Origin: an uncultured virus (IMG/VR IMGVR_UViG_3300048009_000750)
Lineage: Duplodnaviria; Heunggongvirae; Uroviricota; Caudoviricetes
Virus record (IMG/VR): IMGVR_UViG_3300048009_000750
DNA length: 64,000 nucleotides
Reading direction: 5' to 3' (one strand)
Below the pieces are notes generated by a model that did no database searches, had not been told where the DNA came from, and was given only the letters and a program-made list of their open reading frames with translations. Numbering within the stretch: position 1 is the first letter of the stretch; each line of letters starts with the position of its first letter. Both the position numbers and the translations under genes were made by a program. Shown here one piece after another: positions 57,851-64,000 of this stretch.

Positions 57851-58659
57851 TTCTCAATAAACGTACAAAATCTATCTGCCCAATGTTTATGTGCTGCCTC
57901 TAGTGGATGAGATCGCGGACCACATTTATATCCCCTTTTTACTGACCAATCATTAAAGCCTAAATTGTCCTCTGTGTGTATTATGTTATCTAGATTCAAA
58001 CGTTTTACCATACTATCTATAAAAATATTAGATTCTCTTTCGTAATTTACATACCTGTTGAAATCGTCAAAAGCACTTGTAAAGTAAAATTTTACACCTT
58101 GTAAATTTAAATAACTCATCAAGTATTCTATTTGTTGTAAAGGATAATATATTATGTTTGTATTATCAGCACGTTTCCTATAAAAATCTAGCACTGTTCT
58201 TTTGAGATGTTCGTCATTTATTAAATCTTTACGTTGTTTTACTGTTTCAGATTTCCAGTTAAGATAACCTTCTGCATCCGAGGGTAAAGAACACCAAAAT
58301 TTATCTTCGTCATCTTCAAAAAATGGAATTTTATCTTTTGGTAAAATACGAAGATATTCTCTACGCAAAAAACTAGTCCACATTACTACAACAACAATTT
58401 CTTGTGGTTGGTATGATTTTAATAAATTGTCTATGTGGAATACTACTCTTCTAACACAACTACCAAAATCACTTCCTGGCATAGCTACATTATCAACTAC
58501 TGCATTTGTATATAATTTTCTTTGCACCCAATGTGCCCAAGTAGATTCACCTTTAAATCTTATACATCCTGAAAAAGGCCAAATAGGACTATGATCAGCT
58601 AATTCTGCTCCAGCTGTAAAACTACATCCACCTGCAACAACTTTTTTTATGTCATCCAA
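57832..58659 (-). CDS. SGNH/GDSL-like hydrolase family protein
   Basis: GCSFTAG, NVAMPG, C-terminal HP...H. Confidence 0.65.
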   Translation of the reverse strand: MDDIKKVVAGGCSFTAGAELADHSPIWPFSGCIRFKGESTWAHWVQRKLYTNAVVDNVAMPGSDFGSCVRRVVFHIDNLLKSYQPQEIVVVVMWTSFLRREYLRILPKDKIPFFEDDEDKFWCSLPSDAEGYLNWKSETVKQRKDLINDEHLKRTVLDFYRKRADNTNIIYYPLQQIEYLMSYLNLQGVKFYFTSAFDDFNRYVNYERESNIFIDSMVKRLNLDNIIHTEDNLGFNDWSVKRGYKCGPRSHPLEAAHKHWADRFCTFIENQRSLS

Positions 58660-59419
58660 TTAGAAAGCCATAACCTGTGCCACCAGCAACAGCCATTGAA
58701 AGATCCATTTCAAGTTTTTCCATTTCGGCCTGCGCTTCTGCTTTTAGACTATCTCCATTAAGAGTGGTGCCCCCGCCTGGACCGGCAATAGTTGAAAATT
58801 TACTTCTTGCTTCACCAAGCATATGTTTACAACTTGCTAATGTATAATCTTTCAACCATTGTATTGCTTTGTAATCTTTCAATAGTTGCATATCAGGACG
58901 ATAATTGTATGCAAAAAGTAAAACTTCTTCGTCAGCTCTTGGTCTTTGTAAAATAGTTAGCACAGAGGTAGCAGGATTCCATTTAAACTCCATAAAGCTA
59001 CCAAACATTCTTCCTACTAGTTCTTGTTGTTGAGCAAACAAATCATATGTAGCAAGGCCTCCAATTCCGGAACCTGCTAACAAATATGTATTTGTATAGG
59101 CTAAGTTAAATGGTTCAAATAAACTTCCGCCGTCAGCACTTCCGCCTAATCTGCTGCCAACACTACGCCTATATATTTTTCTTACTTCTATAACTTCTTG
59201 AGGAAGGGTATAAGTATTTTGATCTTGTGCTAGTTTTACAGTGATATAACTTTCTTCTACAGCATTTTCACTACGTTGCCTATACTTTGTTAATGATTTT
59301 AACAATGCAGCTTCATAATGCATCGGATCAAGTTCAACATCGACCATACCTCCGCCTAAAAATGCGTTTACATAATCAAATACTTGTTGTTTTTGTGTTA
59401 CTAAATTGCTATCTGCCAT
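58652..59419 (-). CDS. Neck protein (gp13-like)
   Basis: LGGGMVDVEL, KF...PGG..LNG. Confidence 0.8.
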   Translation of the reverse strand: MADSNLVTQKQQVFDYVNAFLGGGMVDVELDPMHYEAALLKSLTKYRQRSENAVEESYITVKLAQDQNTYTLPQEVIEVRKIYRRSVGSRLGGSADGGSLFEPFNLAYTNTYLLAGSGIGGLATYDLFAQQQELVGRMFGSFMEFKWNPATSVLTILQRPRADEEVLLFAYNYRPDMQLLKDYKAIQWLKDYTLASCKHMLGEARSKFSTIAGPGGGTTLNGDSLKAEAQAEMEKLEMDLSMAVAGGTGYGFLIG

Positions 59420-59435
59420 TGAAGTTCTCCATATA

Positions 59436-59452
59436 TATTTATCGCATAAATA
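59436..59452. promoter_or_regulatory. Divergent late-type TAAATA promoters
   Basis: TATTTA 59436-59441 and TAAATA 59447-59452 between the divergent neck genes. Confidence 0.65.
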
Positions 59453-59457
59453 TAACT

Positions 59458-60615
59458 ATGCCACGTTTAAGTTTATACAGACCAGAAAAAAGTCACGATT
59501 ACGATTTCCTAGATAAAATTATCTATGAACAATTTACTGTAGGCGGTACAGATCTTTTTATTCACAAATACATTGGAACAAAAAATCCTACAGGTGACAA
59601 TATTACAAAAGAACAGCCGCAATACGCTGAACAAGATGTAACAAACATACAAGATTTACTTTTCTTAGAAAATAGAGATAGAAAATACGACGAAGATATT
59701 TACACACTGCGTGGACATTACAATGTACAAGATCAAGATTTTGATTTAAGTCAATTTGGTTTGTTTTTACAAAACGATACATTGTTCTTAACAATACATT
59801 TAAATAGTAGTGTTAAAACTTTAGGCAGAAAAATTATAAGCGGAGATGTTATTGAATTACCGCATTTAAATGATGAATATGCGTTAAATGATTTAAGTGT
59901 ATCGTTAAAAAGATTCTATGTTGTAGAAGATGTAAATCGTGCAGCTGAAGGATTCAGTCAAACTTGGTATCCTCACCTGTATAGATTAAAGTTAAAACAA
60001 ATTTATGATAGTCAAGAATACAAAGATATACTTGATTTACCAGCAGGCGATGAAGAGAATCCTAATACAACGCTACGTGAGTTGATGTCAACATATGAAA
60101 AAGAAATGCAAATCAATAATGCTGTAATTGCTCAAGCAGAAGAGAATACTCCAGCATCAGGATATGATACCAGCCATTTTTATACTATTAGCGTATTAGC
60201 AAATGGCGAAGTTAATTTGGTTACAGCAGATGAGGAGTTCCTAGTAGATCAAGAAGTTGATGTTAGTCAACTTGTAGAAAATCCTCCAAGATCGGGATAT
60301 CCTGGTTACTTAGTAGGCGACGGGCTACCGCCAAATGGTGCTCCACTAGGAAGTGGTGTAGGATTTCCTAGTAATTCAGCATTAGGTGATTATTTTTTAA
60401 GAACGGATTTTATTCCTAATCGTTTGTTTCGATATGATGGAAATAGCTGGCGCAAGGTAGAAGACAAAGTACGCACTACACTTACACCTAATATAGAACG
60501 TAATACTCTAAAAGGAACATTTATTAACAACACTGCTGTAAATAACATTGCTGGAGAAGAAGTTATCGAAAGACAAAGTTTAAGTAAGGCACTAAAACCT
60601 AAGGCGGACAATTAA
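59458..60615 (+). CDS. Neck / head-closure protein (gp14-like)
   Basis: LSQFGL...GDVIELP...; start reassigned to ATG 59458. Confidence 0.75.
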   Translation: MPRLSLYRPEKSHDYDFLDKIIYEQFTVGGTDLFIHKYIGTKNPTGDNITKEQPQYAEQDVTNIQDLLFLENRDRKYDEDIYTLRGHYNVQDQDFDLSQFGLFLQNDTLFLTIHLNSSVKTLGRKIISGDVIELPHLNDEYALNDLSVSLKRFYVVEDVNRAAEGFSQTWYPHLYRLKLKQIYDSQEYKDILDLPAGDEENPNTTLRELMSTYEKEMQINNAVIAQAEENTPASGYDTSHFYTISVLANGEVNLVTADEEFLVDQEVDVSQLVENPPRSGYPGYLVGDGLPPNGAPLGSGVGFPSNSALGDYFLRTDFIPNRLFRYDGNSWRKVEDKVRTTLTPNIERNTLKGTFINNTAVNNIAGEEVIERQSLSKALKPKADN

Positions 60616-62348
60616 TGCAATATTTTTATGACGGACAGATACGTAGATATCTTACACAAATTATTAGAGCTTTTAGTAATTTTAGTTATAAAGACGGCGA
60701 CGGAGATTTGCGTGTAGTACCTGTAACATATGGAGATTTGACACGTCAAGTTTCAAATATAATTAGAGAAAACAGCGAAAATAAATTACCAAGTGCTCCT
60801 AGAATGAGTGTATACATTACTAGTATGCAAATGGATAGAGCTAGATTAAGTGATAGTAGTTTTGTTAGTAAAATAAATGTAAAAGAAAGAGATTTTGATA
60901 CTTCTGCGCAAGAATACAAAAATCAACAAGGAAAAGGTTATACTGTTGAAAGATTACATCCTACTCCATATACATTAAGTGTAAATGTTGATATTTGGAG
61001 TACGAATACTGAACAAAAATTACAAATACTAGAACAAATTTTTATGTTATTTAATCCTGACTTAGAATTCCAAACTAATGATAATTATGTTGACTGGACA
61101 AGTTTAAGTGTTTTGCAATTAGAAAATATTAACTTTAGTAGTAGAAGTATTCCTACTGGAACAGAATCTGAAATAGATATCGCAACATTAAGCTTTATAG
61201 CTCCTGTGTATATTTCACCACCAACAAAAGTTAAGAAACTTGGTGTAATTACAGAAATAATCAACAGCGTTCTAAACTTTGATGCTGGTACTATAGAATT
61301 AGAAGGATTTAATCCTGACACAGGAGATACAACAAAAGCAGCAACAGGAACAGTTGTAATGCCAGATGGTACTGTAATAACACAACAACCTTCTACTCCT
61401 CCAGGTGCAGTAGTCGACGACAACGGACAAATTAATTATAAAAAACTTACCCCTGATGACACTCGTGCAACCATAATTAAAACTTCTCCAGATGGTAACT
61501 TAAATGTTGCAAATGTAAACACTGCAAGTTATAGGAATTTTGATATTATTGTTGAAGGTGATATTGTTAAACTAGGAAAAAATGCTGCACGTATTGGAGA
61601 AATAAATTGGTACAATGTAATAGAAGCAGAAGCCCCTGCTAAGTATCAACCAGGTATAAGTCAGATAAGATTAAAAAGAGGCGAACTGCTTACACCTATT
61701 GTAGCAACATTTCAAATAAATGGAAATAACTCACAGGAATTAGTTTTAAATTATGACATTGACACAAAACCAAGTGATACTGTAATAACTGGTGTAACAA
61801 GTAGAGGTACAATTGATTATATTATAAATCCACGTGATTTTAATCCAAATGTTGTAAAAGCAGACGGTATAAGGCTTTTATTATTACAACCCATTGGTGG
61901 TGCAATTGAAAGAATTTATACAGTTACAGGTAGCACAACAAGAATAGAAACCGAAGTAGATGCAGATGTAGTTTATGATTTTGATGTATTTGTAGAAAAT
62001 ACTAGAGTTACAGATGCTGCTACACAAGAAACAATTGACGGATCGTTGGTAATTAGATTATCAGACGCTCCTAGACCCGGTGATGAAGTAAGATATGTTT
62101 TATATATAAATGAAGACGGTGCCGATGCTTGGAAGAGCACAAGTAGCAGAGACTTTATTGCTGATACACACGACATAGTGGAATGGGACGGATCTCAGTG
62201 GAATATAATATTTGATGCTAGTGAATCTACTAATCCAGTTTATATTACAAACTTAAATACAGATCAACAATTTTACTACAATCAATATTATTGGCAATAT
62301 GCAATTGACGGATTATATCCAAGAGGCGCTTGGGATTTAATTATATAA
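60615..62348 (+). CDS. Tail sheath stabiliser / tail terminator (gp15-like) with C-terminal extension
   Basis: YFYD..IRRY, VPVTYG, PRMS, PTPY, QILEQI...FNP. Confidence 0.82.
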   Translation: MQYFYDGQIRRYLTQIIRAFSNFSYKDGDGDLRVVPVTYGDLTRQVSNIIRENSENKLPSAPRMSVYITSMQMDRARLSDSSFVSKINVKERDFDTSAQEYKNQQGKGYTVERLHPTPYTLSVNVDIWSTNTEQKLQILEQIFMLFNPDLEFQTNDNYVDWTSLSVLQLENINFSSRSIPTGTESEIDIATLSFIAPVYISPPTKVKKLGVITEIINSVLNFDAGTIELEGFNPDTGDTTKAATGTVVMPDGTVITQQPSTPPGAVVDDNGQINYKKLTPDDTRATIIKTSPDGNLNVANVNTASYRNFDIIVEGDIVKLGKNAARIGEINWYNVIEAEAPAKYQPGISQIRLKRGELLTPIVATFQINGNNSQELVLNYDIDTKPSDTVITGVTSRGTIDYIINPRDFNPNVVKADGIRLLLLQPIGGAIERIYTVTGSTTRIETEVDADVVYDFDVFVENTRVTDAATQETIDGSLVIRLSDAPRPGDEVRYVLYINEDGADAWKSTSSRDFIADTHDIVEWDGSQWNIIFDASESTNPVYITNLNTDQQFYYNQYYWQYAIDGLYPRGAWDLII

Positions 62349-62360
62349 AATAATTACTAT

Positions 62361-62813
62361 ATGAACCAGATAATTTGTAGTGGTGCTTTATTTTATTCTT
62401 TAAGTACCAAACGTTTTTTGCTATTACATCGTACACAAAGTAAAACAAAAAATCAGTGGGGACTTGTAGGCGGTACTAACGAAAGTTCAGAATCTCCTTG
62501 GGAAGCATTACAACGAGAAATAAAAGAAGAAATTGGTACAATAACAGATATAAAAAAAGTTGTTCCTTTGGAAAGTTTTATATCTAATGACCAACATTTT
62601 TATTTTCATACATATCTTTGTGTAGTTGACAAAGAATTTTTGCCTTTATTGAATAACGAACACGATGGCTATGCGTGGGTAAGTTTTGGTAAATGGCCTA
62701 AGCCGCTGCACAACGGACTTGCTAATACACTGCGTAAAAAAATAAACGCCACAAAGCTGGAAACTACAATTAAACTAATTGATGTTTTTTTCGATAATGA
62801 AATAGTTGATTAA
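62361..62813 (+). CDS. Nudix hydrolase
   Basis: GG.....E.......REIKEEIG Nudix box. Confidence 0.9.
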   Translation: MNQIICSGALFYSLSTKRFLLLHRTQSKTKNQWGLVGGTNESSESPWEALQREIKEEIGTITDIKKVVPLESFISNDQHFYFHTYLCVVDKEFLPLLNNEHDGYAWVSFGKWPKPLHNGLANTLRKKINATKLETTIKLIDVFFDNEIVD

Positions 62814-64000
62814 GTTCTATAATTTGAAGTATATCGCCAGTAAAAATTGCCATCTTTTCTTGAATAAGATCTACTATTGTTAATTCGCCATCTAGCAATT
62901 TTTTCCAATTATCTTCTACTAACTTAACATTAGTTTCTAATGTTTCCGCAGATTCTTTTATACCAGTTCCGTTTATAGATATATTGCCAACATCTTCAAT
63001 TTCAAATGATATATTTAAATGTGCTGTTTCAATTAAAAAATTGTTGAGTTCGATAATATATAAGGAAATATCTGTTTGGATACCAGCTTCAATATTTTTA
63101 CGTAAGTCTGCAAAAAAATGCTGAGCAAGATCAGCATCGCCTTCGATTACTATAGTGCCTGCTTTATACAAAGCCAATGTATCGGCTTCTCCAGCAAGAG
63201 CTTTTAGTGCAGTTTTTAAATCAACAATTATTTCAGCATCAGCATAGGCTTTACTTATTCTTACACCTTTACTATCAAAATAAATATCTCCTACATTTTC
63301 AATCACAAACTTGACCGTACCTGATTTATATCTATAATTTTTTCCTAATTTTTTTTCTATTTGTTGAAAAATTGATTTTGTAATAGGATTAAATCTAAGC
63401 ATTGCTTGTTCTTCTGATTCGTCTAAAAAATTTAAATCATACTCTTTTACATTGGGATCAAATGTATTTTTAAATTTATCGTTTAGCCACTTAAAATCAT
63501 TAATTTTTCTTAGTGCATCCTTGTTGTTTTTAAATGCTAAACCGTACTTTGCTCCTTCATACGCTCCAGCAATAGTTTCTAGCCCAAAAGGGTTGTCTGC
63601 TCCTCTTGAACACCAGGCTTTTAATCTAAAGGTAGTTTCATCTTCGACTTGTCTATCTATAGCTTTACTTGCAAGTTTTACACACTCTCTAAATCCACTT
63701 CGCCACGCACTAAAGGCATCAGTGTTAAATGCAGTAACATTGCTCATTCTGTTTACACCTTTGAAGTTTTTACTAATACTTGTAGTCATATCAGCAGTTT
63801 CTACATCCATATTCAAAGTAAGTTCAGTTGGTAAAAGTTTTACACCTCCATATCCGTAAATTAAATTATTTACAGGATTTAAGCTTCGCCATACAAAAAC
63901 TGTTTTATAACCATCTATATCGTAGTGTGCAATTTGATGATCAAACTCAAAATCTTCTAGTACTTCTGCATCTCCGTCAACAACCCAAAACATTTTTGTG
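62770..64000 (-). CDS. Glycosyltransferase-like protein with C-terminal SCP2-like domains, 5'-truncated
   Basis: FWVVDGDA (DxD), YGYGGVKL, AWRSGFRECVKL; two G.I...GD-type SCP2-like repeats; frame open to the window edge. Confidence 0.65.
   Translation of the reverse strand, partial: TKMFWVVDGDAEVLEDFEFDHQIAHYDIDGYKTVFVWRSLNPVNNLIYGYGGVKLLPTELTLNMDVETADMTTSISKNFKGVNRMSNVTAFNTDAFSAWRSGFRECVKLASKAIDRQVEDETTFRLKAWCSRGADNPFGLETIAGAYEGAKYGLAFKNNKDALRKINDFKWLNDKFKNTFDPNVKEYDLNFLDESEEQAMLRFNPITKSIFQQIEKKLGKNYRYKSGTVKFVIENVGDIYFDSKGVRISKAYADAEIIVDLKTALKALAGEADTLALYKAGTIVIEGDADLAQHFFADLRKNIEAGIQTDISLYIIELNNFLIETAHLNISFEIEDVGNISINGTGIKESAETLETNVKLVEDNWKKLLDGELTIVDLIQEKMAIFTGDILQIIELNQLFHYRKKHQLV

Noticed and set aside
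1..64000. Stop-codon reassignment
   Set aside because: Core genes are full length in the standard code, and TAA, TAG and TGA all end recognisable genes

Overview
A 64-kb segment of a large, contractile-tailed (myovirus-type) dsDNA bacteriophage with a distantly T4-like gene set. The host is probably a Gram-negative bacterium (inferred from the Kdo genes). 1-4.8 kb is a visibly GC-richer plus-strand early region: small ORFs, an AAA+ ATPase, tRNA-Leu(TAA) and tRNA-Arg(TCT), and eight near-consensus sigma70 promoters. 4.8-6 kb is a largely non-coding, structured strand-switch region. The rest is mostly minus-strand. It encodes 2OG-Fe(II) oxygenases, a MetF-like reductase, two DnaE-type polymerase genes (548 aa and 186 aa), helicase, carbamoyltransferase, primase, modular tail-fibre genes, a Kdo/glycosylation cluster (kdsA, kdsB, three KpsS-like transferase domains), UvsW/X/Y, gp32-like SSB, terminase, tail tube and sheath, and neck proteins. 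The most striking observation is at the 3' end of the AAA+ ATPase gene, which carries three tandem hairpins that all display the loop GCCCUCA. This is complementary to a GAGGG(C) ribosome-binding motif in the leader of all eight promoter-proximal early genes, whereas the promoter-distal genes of that region use ordinary GGAG. It suggests an RNA-based translational control circuit for early genes. A second candidate structured RNA lies at about 5746-5846. All functional calls come from reading motifs by eye; no searches were run.
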